DNA of 64,000 nucleotides from assembly GCA_964016885.1 (NCBI GenBank), contig OZ024742.1:40300001-40364000 (forward strand). Direction: 5' to 3'. The notes beneath the pieces are model-generated. The model was not told the origin of the DNA. It searched no databases and was given only the letters and a program-made list of their open reading frames with translations. This DNA is from Eledone cirrhosa (taxonomy: Eukaryota). Position 1 is the stretch's first letter, and every line of letters begins with the position of its first letter. The position numbers were made by a program, and so were the translations under genes. Shown piece by piece: positions 1 through 12,400 of the stretch.

Positions 1-67
1 GTGAGTCCTATGTGTAAATGCTTACATCCAAATACCTAATGTGTAAGCATTTACACACAAGACTCAC
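1..67. repeat. Short imperfect inverted repeat, possibly extending beyond the window
   Basis: gtgagtc..tgtgtaaatgcttaca pairs with tgtaagcatttacaca..gactcac. Confidence 0.8.
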
Positions 68-619
68 ATATCAATGGAGCTATCAATTACAGAGTTGGCA
101 CATTATGTTGTTGTGCAAAATACTTAATTTCCTGTTCCTCCTTCCACCAGGAGCTGTAACCAGTAGATAGTATCAGTAATAAAAAGATCAATGGAATCAT
201 TGTTTCTTTGGTTTCATTTGATGATCAGCTCCTTTCCTTTCCTTCCATTGTTTCCTATCGTTATACCACTGTGGTACCTTGTATCTTCCTACCTTGTTTA
301 TATCCTTATAATATTATATTAATTCATTTGTTTATCACTTATACTACTATTACCTCTCCTATATCATCCTGTTTCTTATCTGTTTGAAACATGCTTTCCT
401 GGATTTCGACCTCAGTATTACTGTTTATTGTTGATTCACCCGTGGCAGTTCCAACGGCAAATGTTCAAGTTGTTTGAACAATGGAACAACTTGCTCATGA
501 AATTAATGTACAAGAGACTGAGAATTGCATGGACACATGCTCCCTTAATGTAGTTGATGGGGTGATTCAGCATTACATGAAAACAAAACATAGAGATCAT
601 TAATAAATATGAAACTGGT

Positions 620-808
620 GCCAGGACCGGATTTTGGACAAATGAGGCCCAGTGCTAGTTAAGTTCTGAGGACCCTTAAATTTGAAAAATTCATCATAAA
701 AAATCTTGTTGGCAAGAAGATGCCCCCCTCCCACACACACACACACTTCCTGGCCAACAGGGCCCTGTGCTTAAGCACACCTAAGTACAATGGTAAATCT
801 GGCACTGG
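620..808 (+). mobile_element. hAT-like MITE, with a second copy at about 46692-46862
   Basis: Imperfect TIRs ccaggaccggattt / aaatctggcactgg; internal sequence shared with 46692-46862. Confidence 0.55.
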
Positions 809-1359
809 CTGGTGCTATGAAAGGTAAAATAGACAGTGACTATGCCATGAATAAATCTATGACAAGAGGTGGTAAATGATATGGCCCATGGGTTAGATCC
901 AGCCAACAGTTTCAATTTACCCGACTCACAGACTTCATGCATACAGAAATTCATTGCTTTCCTTATCAATCTTTGGTTAACGAACACTCATATTGTGCTT
1001 GTTCTGTTGATAACCTTAGAACTCAGGTGTTGTGTTATTTCTACTTTTCCAATTAATTCACAAATATTATTCCGCATTGCATTTCTGGTTTAACAAAAGA
1101 AACACATTATTAACATGATTAAATGATGTTATTTTATTAAGAAACACCTGCTCTTTTGTGAAAAAAAACATTTTTTTCATGTCAAACATCTACACTGAAA
1201 GACATTTAAATAATTAATAAAGAAGCTGTTTCCATGACCATATATGATCTCCATTTCATATTTTATAAGTCTTAACTCAAAATACATAAAAATACCATTT
1301 CCAATCCAGCTTGCCTGTGAAAGGTTTACTGACCCCAGTTTCATATTTATTAATGATCT

Positions 1360-1491
1360 CTATGTTTTGTACAAAGTATTTTGAAATGAGATGTTTTCAA
1401 GATCCAGTGCTTCATCTTCTGGTCTACAAACAACCAGAAGATCAACTACAATGGTTGATGTGGAATGTTTGCTATCAATATGGATTGATAT
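1360..1491 (-). CDS. Possible terminal exon of an unidentified host gene (ISIHIDSKHSTSTIVVDLLVVCRPEDEALDLENISFQNTLYKT*)
   Basis: Acceptor-like tttgattacag, 43 open codons, TAG, then AATAAA shortly after; no recognised homology. Confidence 0.2.
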   Translation of the reverse strand: MSIHIDSKHSTSTIVVDLLVVCRPEDEALDLENISFQNTLYKT

Positions 1492-2704
1492 CTGTAATCA
1501 AAGTCAGATTTATGTCAGGGTGCAATTAACCTTTTTCCTTATCATAATTCTAATGAAACGCACAGTAAATTTCGAAAATAATCAAGAATATTCTGGTATT
1601 TGGAGCATAATAAAAGTTTTTATATAATATTGCCATGGAAGTTTTTAAAATAAATATAACAATTCAAAACAGTTTTGTGTTGTCAAACCAGGCGTGGTTT
1701 CAAAAGGGTTAAAGTAAAAGCAATGAGTGTGGATGAAATTTTAAAGGGAAAACTGCTACGGAGGGAATAGAAAGGAAGGAGGACAGCTAAGCATGCAATC
1801 AGTTCAAACAAAGAACAAGTCTTCAGGGTTCAGTTCTGTTGTGCAGCACTTTGGACAGCTCTCTTGTACTGTATCTTCAGGTTGACAAATGACATTTGAG
1901 TTGAATTTGGTAGACAGAAACTGCACAAAGTCTGTTCTATATTTATGTATGTATGTGTATATATACATATATCTGTGTTTGTGTGTGTGTATGTGTGTAT
2001 ATGTGTATGTACCTTGTACATATATGTGTGTGTCTGTGTGTGTATATGTATGTTGTGTGTATGTATGTATGTATATATATATATATGTATGAGGGAGCTT
2101 ATAGATAGGACAACACACGCTGTCTTTTCGTGGGGTAAGTTTTTAATTAATTTTTGTATTCTGAAACATCAAAATACAACAATTTGTTGGTCACTGGACT
2201 CGGGAATGTCACGACAGAAGTTTGTGGAAGTTACACAAATATTTTAGTATATTTTAGCAGAGCAATCCTTATTTATATCTTACATTTTACATTTACTTAC
2301 ATCTCAATATAACATGGCTAAAATTCAAATTTTGCAAAGAGAAGAAAACGGTCAAATGAACTAGATACATCGCACTGTCCCCCACCACCACAATAACGTC
2401 TACACTCTCTCCCCACCATCACATGTCATTACCCTATCTAGACTAAAGTCATCGACCTGTTGTCAAACTCTCTACTCTCTGTTGAATGTGTATATATATA
2501 TGTTTGTATATGTGTGTATATACATCATTCAGTCAAACGACCAGATTTCAACCCCAACATCTACAACAACAACACCGGCACTAATGTTTACAGTAACAAC
2601 AGCTTCAGAATGAACTGAAATGAACATTTACAACAACAACAACAACAGCGGCATCAAAAAATAAAAAAAAATTAAAAAAAAATTAAAAAAAAACTCAAAA
2701 TAAC

Positions 2705-2743
<39 letters not shown>

Positions 2744-3089
2744 CACAACAACAACATCAACTGCCAGCACCACCACCACTACCGCCGCCGCCATCACCAT
2801 CACCAGCGACCGGGCCTTAAGAAAACAACTTTAATAATAATTTTTCTGCTTTTGGCACGGATCCAGCGACTGGACCAGCGCATCACTGGTACTCTCTTTT
2901 GTTGACTCCGTGGGGATGAAAGGAAAGGTTGACCTCGGCGGGATTTGAGCTCAGAGCGTGGAGAGCCATAACTCTATGCTGTAAAGCAATTATAATAATA
3001 CTGGACTGTAGTACCATCGGCTTCAACTATACAAACTCTTGAAAGTCAACAGTTGACATAATCTTGTAATCTTGTATCAGTAATGACGG

Positions 3090-3140
<51 letters not shown>

Positions 3141-3813
3141 CGTGTGTGTAAGTGAGTAGAGTAGCGTGTGTGTTTGTTTGTATGTATGAGTGTTGCTGTG
3201 TGCACGCATATGTATGCGCGTGTGTGTATGTCGTACGTATAAGTGTCAATAAGTATTTTTTTTTTTTTTTTTTTTTGCGTGGGGACATAGAAATAATCGG
3301 GCTGGATGCCCGATCGCGCAGTTAAACCACTGGGAGTGAAGAACCCCTAGCCCCTGTCAGGGCATTCTTCTAGGAGAAGGCATCTCAGGAAACTGGGTTA
3401 ACTCCGACATAAAACCTGCGGCTCAGTAGTTACCGATGATGTTGATCTTTTCTTCTTTTCGGGTTATAGCTACTGTCGCTCAGAGAGTGGGATTGGCTCA
3501 GTGCACAGTCTTTCCTCACTTAAAAAATATTCGTCACGCACAGGCATTGCACGAGTGCATTAATAATTATTAATAGTGTACTATTATTATTATTATTATT
3601 ATTGACGAAAGTGGATGTACGTTTTTTGAAGCTCCGTGAGTAAGCAATTTTTTGAGGATTAATTGTAGAGAATTGTTTATTTTTTGTACCGCTGAAGCAT
3701 TATAAGACATTCATTTGTATCCTGTGAAGGAATAACTCATAATATTTGGGCCTTTTGGCCCAAATATTTGAACTTTATTTTGGAAAAAATAATAATTTTT
3801 TTCTCAAATAAAC

Positions 3814-5724
3814 ATGGCGGAGCCACGCCCCCTAGAGGCGGGCCTGCTGTCGTGCAACGGCGACTTGAGCGTTGAGAGGAGAGGTGAGGCGATGAGCGCC
3901 ACCAGCACGAGTGTGAGCAGCGACAGTGCCAGCACCAACGGGCCGAGCGGCGCGGAAGGTGGTAACAGCGACAACACCAACACCAACAAGCCGAACAGCG
4001 CAGAAGGTGGTAATAGCGAGAGCACCAACAAAACGAACAGCACAGAGAGTAATAGTAGCGACAGCAACAGCACCAACAAGGCCAACAGCACAGAGGGTAA
4101 CCACGACACAGGGGAGAACAACAACAGCAATAGCAGCAGCAACACCAACAAGAACAACAACAGTGACAACACCAACAAGAACACCTTCGCTGCTGTGGCA
4201 GCGGCTAAAAGGAGACCATGCTACAGCATCGACTTAACCAACAGAGAGGAAAAGTTGGCCCAGGCCTGGAAAATCATTAATCAAGAGCAGACCTGGGCAA
4301 ACTTAACTGTCCCGGCAGAAGCCATTGAGGCAGTGGAAAAAAGAACGGTGCATTTCAGATGCATCTCAGTAGAGACAAAGAGGGCAGCGATAATCGCCCA
4401 AGCTGATATAGAAGCCGCACTGAAATACATCAGAGAGGACACAGACTTCATAGAGAGGGGCAGGCAATACGGCACCGTTTCGGTGCTGTTCAAGTCTGAA
4501 GCCCTCGCTGTGAAGCATTCAATGACCCCTTGCAAAACCAGCAAGGTCATAATGTACCCCTCCCACATGGGAAAACGAATAGCACGTGTGCGCATTCCCA
4601 GGATTCCACCAGGACTTGATATGTGGTGGCTCCTGGGTTGCGTAATCGTGGAAGGAACGGATACAGTCCCGGTAGAGGCAACGAGAACTGCCAGGGACGA
4701 CTGGTCCGGGGTTGATCTGGAGATACTGCTCCAAATCAGACCCGAAAACGTAAAAGCAATCCCGGACCACATCCGCCTCCAAAACGGGAGGGTGTTGCAT
4801 ATAATGACTGAGGGCAAAAGGCCGCATTGTTTCCTTTGTGGGGAAACGACACACTTGCGAGCCTTCTGCCCTCAACTGCCGAAAAGCGCAAGGGGTCGAA
4901 AGATTCCACTGCTGGCGACGCCGGGACAAGGACCATCAGCAACACCGTCAACAATGGAACCACCAAAATTGCACACCCAGGGGGGAAACGAGGAAAGCTC
5001 TCCCATTCCCCCTCCCCCCCAAAATACACACACGAACAAGAACATAAACACTCACTCAGACACAAACACGCTCACAGCCACAGACCCCTCATCCTCCAGC
5101 AGTGAAGATGAGGGAAAACCAAAGTCCCCCAAAATACAAAAAACAAAACACAAAAAAAAAAGAAATCCACAAAGCACAAACACCCCCACAAAAAAAAATA
5201 CACACACCACCCACACAAACATTTTCCCCACAGCATCACCAACACAACCACCAAAATCCCCCAAACGCAAACAAGCTAAACAGACACAAGAACAAATAGA
5301 CGCACAAACATCAGAAACTACAGACACCCCACCCACAACAAACGCAGACACAATAGAAACAACACTAACAAAGCTATCACCACCACAATCACACGAACAA
5401 ATAAAACCCGAGCAACAAAACATTAAAAACTTCGTGCTTGCCAGAAGGGCCAACAAGGAATTGATGGCCCATGTAGCACGAAGCACAAACATCGAAAAAG
5501 ACGGGGAAACATTTGAAGCGAGCACATTTCGCGTACCAGATAATTTGCTTCTGATGCGAATGTCGCTCGCTTCATACAAAGAAATTCGAAAGAGCTTTCC
5601 TCGGGATGTGGGAACCCCGAACGTAAAACCCACGTCAAGACTATTAAAGGGGTTCCCAAAAGAAACCCCACAAACCATGGAGGTCGAACCACCCGACCTT
5701 CACAAGACCCCGGAAGGTAAGTAA
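3814..5724 (+). CDS. Tx1-type ORF1 nucleic-acid-binding protein (636 aa)
   Basis: Uninterrupted ORF with a CCHC zinc knuckle CFLCGETTHLRAFC (CX2CX4HX4C), an N/S-rich N-terminus, a TFAAVAA motif and a T/P/K-rich disordered C-terminal half; lies directly upstream of ORF2. Confidence 0.88.
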   Translation: MAEPRPLEAGLLSCNGDLSVERRGEAMSATSTSVSSDSASTNGPSGAEGGNSDNTNTNKPNSAEGGNSESTNKTNSTESNSSDSNSTNKANSTEGNHDTGENNNSNSSSNTNKNNNSDNTNKNTFAAVAAAKRRPCYSIDLTNREEKLAQAWKIINQEQTWANLTVPAEAIEAVEKRTVHFRCISVETKRAAIIAQADIEAALKYIREDTDFIERGRQYGTVSVLFKSEALAVKHSMTPCKTSKVIMYPSHMGKRIARVRIPRIPPGLDMWWLLGCVIVEGTDTVPVEATRTARDDWSGVDLEILLQIRPENVKAIPDHIRLQNGRVLHIMTEGKRPHCFLCGETTHLRAFCPQLPKSARGRKIPLLATPGQGPSATPSTMEPPKLHTQGGNEESSPIPPPPQNTHTNKNINTHSDTNTLTATDPSSSSSEDEGKPKSPKIQKTKHKKKRNPQSTNTPTKKNTHTTHTNIFPTASPTQPPKSPKRKQAKQTQEQIDAQTSETTDTPPTTNADTIETTLTKLSPPQSHEQIKPEQQNIKNFVLARRANKELMAHVARSTNIEKDGETFEASTFRVPDNLLLMRMSLASYKEIRKSFPRDVGTPNVKPTSRLLKGFPKETPQTMEVEPPDLHKTPEGK

Positions 5725-5753
5725 ACCTTTCCTCTCCCATTCATCCTGCCAGC

Positions 5754-8700
5754 ATGGCCATAAGAGTAGGAAGTTTAAATGTTCGTGGCCTGGGGTCGCC
5801 CTGGAAGCAAGGTCACTTGCTCAACGACCTCAGGTCACTAGGAATGGATGTAATTGCCATCAGCGAGACCAGAATTTCCGACGATTATCAGATCTTTGCA
5901 TCTGTTAGTCGGCCGGGAATGGGAGGTGGAGTGGCTGTGCTGTTTAGGAAATGTCTGGATCTCGAGGTAAGGTCAATCTTCCGGGATCCTGACGGAAAGT
6001 TGGTGGTCCTGGACGTGAGCAATAGCGAAGGTGGTGCCTTTAGACTGGTGGCCGTCTACGCCCCTACTGGGGCCGGTCGGCCGGACTTCTTTAGGCGCCT
6101 GGAAAACTTTCTGCTTACGTCTCGCCCTTTACTGTTAATAGGGGATTGGAATGGCATCTTAGAAGCACGCTGGGATTGTGTGGGAGTATCTGATAGGAGC
6201 GGGGGGTGCAAAAGCCTCAAGTACCTGATCAGCCAGTTTCAACTGTCTGACAGGTACCGACTAGATTTCCCTAATGCGCCAGTATGGACCTGGACCAATC
6301 GCATAGGGTCATCTAGATCGTACATAGATAGGATTTTCATTAGGAAAAGAGATAGAAATAGTGTAGGATGTCCACATTTTAAAACGGTTGCCTATTCAGA
6401 TCACAAGCTTGTGATCTGTATGGTCGACCTAGATAAGACACGTAGGTTAGGACCTACTGGAAGCTAAACATGTCGTTTCCGGCACGTAAAGCTTACAGGG
6501 ACCGGGTCAACAACTTAGTTAAGCAAAAGTTGACAGGGGGGGTTGTCAACAACAGGTGGTGGGGGGCACTCAAAAGAGAGATTAGAGCAACCTCGATAGG
6601 ATTTAGCAAAGAAGTAGCAATAGAGAAAAATAGAAAGGAGGAGGGGCTGATAGCTAAGTTAGACGAGGCTATTTGTAGTGGCATTGCAACAGACGTGCTA
6701 GCGGCGAGAATGGCACTAGACCATTTCTTCAATGCGAAACACGAAGGTTGCATTGTCAGAGCTAAGGCGCGTGCTCTGAGGAACGAGGGAACCAAAGCTG
6801 CCCGATGGGCTCGCTTTGCAGAGACGCAGCGTGGAAATAAAACCACAATTCGGTCTTTGACGGATCGAGATGGACACGAACTGAGCGATTCCAAGCAGAT
6901 GTGTGAGGCCTTTCGCCAGCACTTTGCTCGATTGTTCGGGAGGATGGGTGAGTCGGAGACGGCGGCGGACTTCAGTCCCTACCTCGATGGCTTGCCACGC
7001 CTCTCGACGGCCGACGCTGAGCGCTGCGAAGAGCCGATAACATCAGTCGAAATTCAGGACGCCCTTGTCGGCTGCTCGAGTCGCAAGTCACCCGGTTTGG
7101 ATGGTCTGCCCTACGAGCTTTACGTAAATATGCCAGACTTGTTCTCCGATCTCCTCGAAGCGCTCTACTGCAACTGGCAGCAGAACGGGAGTATTCCCAG
7201 TTCTGTGAGCCGTGGCGTAGTGACGCTGATAAGGAAAGACGAGAACAAGAGGGACACACTAGATAATTTCAGGCCCATAACCCTGCTCAACACAGAGTTT
7301 AAGATTTTGGCCAAGGTGTTAGCGAAAAGGTTGGCGCTTGTCGTCAAAGATTTGGTTGGGGAGGCGCAAACTTGCGCAATCCCGACCAGGTCCATACACG
7401 ACAACCTCCACCTCATGCGATACATCATAGAGAGGGTTGGGTGCAAACCTGGCTTCGGTGGGGCTCTGATCAATTTAGATCAATCGAAAGCATTCGATAG
7501 GGTCGACCATCGGTACTTGGAGGCTGTCCTCGAGGCGGCTGGCTTCGGCCCCGTCTTCAGAAGCTGGATCGCTGCAATGTACAGCAGCATCTGCTCGGTG
7601 GTCAAAGTTAATGGCCACCTCTCGGAACCGTTTCAGATCTCTCGATCGGTCCGTCAAGGGTGCCCTCTCTCCTCACTTCTGTACGTATTGACTCTTGAGC
7701 CTCTACTGCGGAAGCTGGAGTTGTTGCAGGGCATCCCGCTCGAACCGGGACGTAGAAAGGCTGCGTCCGCTTATGCGGACGACATCACCGTGATGGTGTC
7801 GGACACCTCGGAAATCGAGGTCATCCGCACCCATTTGGAGGAATATGAAAGGTTGATGGGAGCAAAACTTAACCCGGAAAAGTCGGTGGGCTTGCAGCTC
7901 GGCACCTGGAGAGGCAAGTCCATGCCGTCCAACAGCGTCGTTGGGCGCTGGACAGACGGACCGGTAAAGTTGCTCGGGGTTTGGTTCGGACCAGACCTCC
8001 AGGTGGATAAGAATTGGGACGAGGTGACGAGCAGGATAGCCAACCTCACCCAGAAATGGGCTGAGAGAAAGCTATCACTGAAAGGGCGGGCGGAGGTGGC
8101 GAACGCGTACATCGCGTCCGTCATCTACTACCGCCTGACCGTCGTGCCTTGCCCCCGTCCACGCCTCGCCAATTTGGAACGGCTCCTTTTCAAATTTTTG
8201 TGGAGGGGACGGGTCCCGTTGGTGAGGCGGTCCATCTGCTGCCAGCACCCTCTTCGTGGAGGGCTGGGCATGCCGTGGCTAATGATGCGCAGACATGCGC
8301 TGAGGCTGCGACATCTCCAGATATTTTGCCTAAACGGTGAACAGGTGTGGTCGCCGTTTGTTAGACGGGCCTTTCCGCAGCTCATCTCTTTGACTGAGCT
8401 GCAGTCCTGGGTCAAGAAGAGACCGAGACTGGGCGACTGGCATCTGGAATGTTGCCAGGCGCTCACTGCACTCTGCAAGGTGGGCAATGCGGTCAGTGGA
8501 ACTTCCACTCAAGATTTCTATAGAGGATTAGTGGAGGGCAAGTGCGATGACGTACTAGGAGAGGCTCTGGGCGTCAACGAAGTAGAACTGACCAGTATGT
8601 TCCGGAGGACTTTCGAGCCGGGGACGATGGATAACTTCCAGAAATCCCTCGCTTGGCAGTGCTACCGGGGGGCGCTGCCGGTTCGGGATAAACTCTACAG

Positions 8701-9142
8701 GCACGGAAGTGCTGTCAGACGAACCTGCCCGAGATGCGCGCAGAGCGACGAAACCGTTCTGCACGCACTCGTCCAGTGTCCGTGCATTGCTGACTTGTGG
8801 GGTTATGTCGAACAGCTATTGTCGCGTGTAGAACGGATCCGGCTATCGTCCGAGTCCATAGTGAAGATTGACCCGCCGCCTTCTTTTGGTCAGGAAGGGC
8901 AGGCAATTTTCCTCTGCCTGGTGGCAGTAGCGAAAGAGGTTGCATGGTGGACCAGGTTGAAAGGACTGAAGACAGACACTTTTCTCTTCGGCCAATCCCT
9001 CATCAACTTCTTCAAGTTTCACTTGGAAAGGAAGGTGAGGGTGGAGAGAGAAGTGCTGCCCCCCAGTACATTTACTGAAAGGTGGGTGAATGTGGCGAGA
9101 ATGGCCCGCGTCAGTGGGCCTACTCTGATCATGCGCCTGTAG
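5754..9142 (+). pseudogene. Tx1-type ORF2 (APE endonuclease, reverse transcriptase, C-terminal CCHC), split by one frameshift near 6455
   Basis: EN motifs SLNVRGL, SETR, VYAP, GDWN, YIDRIF, SDH. RT motifs KSPGLDG, NFRPITLLN, DQSKAFDRV, RQGCPLS, YADD. C-terminal CPRC-X8-H-X4-C. The conserved YWKLN reads in the 6470 frame (tac tgg aag cta aac atg), so the two ORFs were originally one. Confidence 0.88.
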
Positions 9143-9460
9143 GCTGGTGAATTCGAGAAGGAGAGGGGTGCCCTTCCCGGGTGCCCTAGGAGCGTCGGGT
9201 GGCTCAGGACTGGTGGGGTGCTTGAGTCAACCCTGGGTGGTGATCCCTCTTATTGGGGAACTTTCATTGTTGTAATTTTATTGTTATTTTGTTTTTTGTT
9301 ATTTATACTTACTCGATCTCTATGTAAACCCCCACTGTCCCTGTCTATTGTGTTGTCCCCTATATGTCGGCCCTTGTGGCCAATAAATGAAATCATTATT
9401 ATTATTATTATTATTATTACTATTATTATTACTTTTTTTTTTTTTTTTCCCCCCAATTCA

Positions 9461-12400
9461 ATGATGTTCCAGAACGATATAAAAGAGATAATTGGCAATT
9501 TAGGTTCTGGAACAAAAAAGATCATTGGCAATAAGGGCAGGGGCCCCAGGTTATCACAGCCTGGGCCCGCTCGTCATCGTGCCATTGTAATAGAGCCAAA
9601 CAAGGCATTTAGTCTTGGCTGCTGGAACGTACGGACGCTGCTTGACAGGGATTCCTTGGGGCGTCCTGAACGAAGGACTGCTCTTGTTGCAAAGGAGCTT
9701 CGACGTTACGATCTTGACATCGTGGCTTTATCTGAGACGAGGCTAGCTGGAGATGGTCATCTTACGGAATTTTGTGGAGAATATACATTCTTCTGGAAAG
9801 TAAGAGATGAAGGAACCAGAAGAGAGGCTGGGGTAGGATTTGCTGTTAAGACTGTGCTTGTGAACAAATTAGAAGAATTCCCAGTAGGGATTAGTGAGCG
9901 TCTTATGTCCATGAGAGTTCCGCTGGACAAGGGAAGATATGCTACCCTGGTGAGTGTGTATGCTCCAACTATGAGTTCTGTCGATGAGGAAAAAGTGTCC
10001 TTTTACCATACCTTGAAAGGTGTTTTAAGAAATATCCCTCAGGCAGACAAAGTCATCGTGCTTGGTGACTTTAATGCTAGAGTGGGTAGGGATTTTAACA
10101 CATGGAATGTAATCGGAAGGCATGGGGTGGGAAAGTGTAACAGCAATGGTATGCTCCTGCTGCAGATGTGTGAGGAGCTGGATCTGTGTGTTACCAACAC
10201 CATGTTCCAACAAAAGAACAAATTCAAGACCACATGGATGCATCCTGCATCTAAGGAATGGCATCTTTTGGACTACGTCCTAGTCAGGATGCGTGACAGA
10301 CAGGATGTGCAGTGTGTTCGTGTTCTTCGTGGAGCTGAGTGCTGGACGGACCACCGACTGGTACGCGCAAAAGTGAAACTAATCACTAAACGTAAAATCC
10401 GGGCTCCTGGTGTTGCCCTGCCCAAAAGATTGAATGCTGCTCGTCTTAAGGATAAAAATGTGAAGAGGACATTGGAAGAAGAGATGCAGGCTGCAGATCT
10501 TGGTGAGGATTGGCCGACCCTTAAAAAGTCGGTTTATGATGTAGGCAGGCGTGTTCTGGGATTGGCGCAGAGGAAACATCAGGACTGGTTTGATGAGAAT
10601 GATGTACATATAGAAGACTTGTTGGCTGATAAGAGGCGTGCTCTGTCACGCTACTTGACGGCAAAACCACAGGAGAGGAATACGTTGCATGAGGAACTCA
10701 GGGATGTAAAATCACGTGTTAGGCGGAGTCTTTCTCAGATGAAGGATCAGTGGTGGAGTGAGAAGGCTGGTGAGATACAAACTGCGTCTGATTCCAATAA
10801 CACAAAGCTGTTGTACAGTCTCTTGCGTGAGGTTTATGGACCGTCTTCTTCTCTGGTGACACCGCTTCGCAGCAAGGATGGCAAAGAACTTCTTCGTGAC
10901 TCACAAGGAATTCTACGAAGGTGGCGAGAGCACTTTGATGATCTTTTGAATCAGCCGTCTGTCGTCAGTGAAGATTTCCTCAATCTCATTCCAGAAAATC
11001 CTGTGAAAGTAGCTCTCGCAGAACTTCCGACGCTTGTGGAGGTTGCAGTGGCTATTTCGAAGCTGAACAGTGGAAGATCTCCAGGTATGGATGGCATACA
11101 TGCTGAGCTCCTACAATATGGTGGTGAGAGACTCCTGCAACATCTTCACTCTTTGTTTGGCAGGATATGGGCTAATGAATCCGTACCTGAGGACTGGAGA
11201 GATGCAGTAATGGTGGTCTTGTACAAGGGAAAGGGTAACAGGAACAATTGTGGGAACTACAGAGGTATATCATTGCTTTCTGTCGTAGGGAAAGTTTTAT
11301 GTAGGGTGCTTCTGGACCGTCTGCTGACACACATTGCAGATTGTGTTTTTCCTGAAAGTCAATCTGGTTTTCGTGCTGGACGCGGCACTACTGATATGAT
11401 CTTCTCAGCTAGACAGATCCAGGAGAAGTGCATGGAACAAGGCTTGGATCTGTATCAGGTTTTTGTCGATCTGACAAAAGCTTTCGATACTGTTAACAGA
11501 GATGCATTATGGAAGGTTCTCCAGAAACTTGGTTGCCCTGATAAGTTCCTTGCTTGAGTTAGGTCTTTCCATAACGACATGAAGGCTTGGGTTAATGTCG
11601 AGGGTAACATGTCGGAGCCTATCTCAGTAAAAAATGGAGTGAAACAGGGGGATATTCCAGCACCGACCCTGTTTGCCATATACTTTGCAATGGTTTTCTG
11701 TATTGCATTCAGGAATTGCGAGCATGGTGTTTACATCCGATATCGAACCTCAGGCAGCATATTTAACATCAGGCGCTTTGCTGCGAAGACAAAAGTATTT
11801 ACATCAATCATAAGAGACCTCTTGTATGCAGATGATTGCGATCTTGTAGCGCACACAGAGAGTGATATGCAGCACATTTTGAATGCATTTTCTGACGCTT
11901 GCACTGCCCTAGGTCTGACTGTCAGTCTCAAGAAAACCGTCGTCATGTACCAACCTGCCCCTGGTAAGCAGTACACTGAACCAAACATCTATGTGTATGG
12001 CAAACGACTTGGAGTGGTTGATCAGTTTGTCTACCTGGGAAGCACTGTCAATCGATACGGCAACCTTGACAGTGAAATCTCACTTAGGATTAGGAAAGCA
12101 AGTGATGCTTTCGGAAAGCTAGAAAGGCGACTCTGGGGTCGGCGAGACATATGCAGGAGGACAAAGGTAAAGGTGTACAGGGAATGTGTGCTCTCTTGTC
12201 TTCTTTATGCCTGCGAGACCTGGGTCATATATCGACACCACCTTAAGCAATTGGAGCGTTTCCATCAGATGTGTCTCAGACGGATCCATGGCGTTCACTG
12301 GAGGGACTACATCAGTGATGTCGAGATTTTGGAAAGCTCTATGTGTGACAGTATAGAAGCTCTTGTGCTTAAACAACGACTCCGTTGGAGTGGTCACCTT

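Larger units (their letters stand above)
3604..9394 (+). mobile_element. Tx1-clade (L1 group) non-LTR retrotransposon, near full length, inserted in an (ATT)n microsatellite
   Basis: Two ORFs (gag-like ORF1, then APE-RT-CCHC ORF2) in a GC- and CpG-rich block. It starts right after (ATT)n at 3582-3603 and ends AATAAATGAAATC followed by (ATT)n at 9395-9430. Confidence 0.9.

Noticed and set aside
6450-6470. Programmed frameshift between Tx1 EN and RT
   Set aside because: There is no slippery heptamer; a small deletion in the conserved G-x-G-Y-W-K-L-N motif explains it.
3804-8945. Minus-strand ORFs overlapping the Tx1 element
   Set aside because: Antisense shadows of GC-rich coding sequence with no motifs.
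9218-9460. Hydrophobic, membrane-like N-terminus on the RTE ORF
   Set aside because: Chance read-through of the Tx1 3' UTR, (ATT)n and poly-T.
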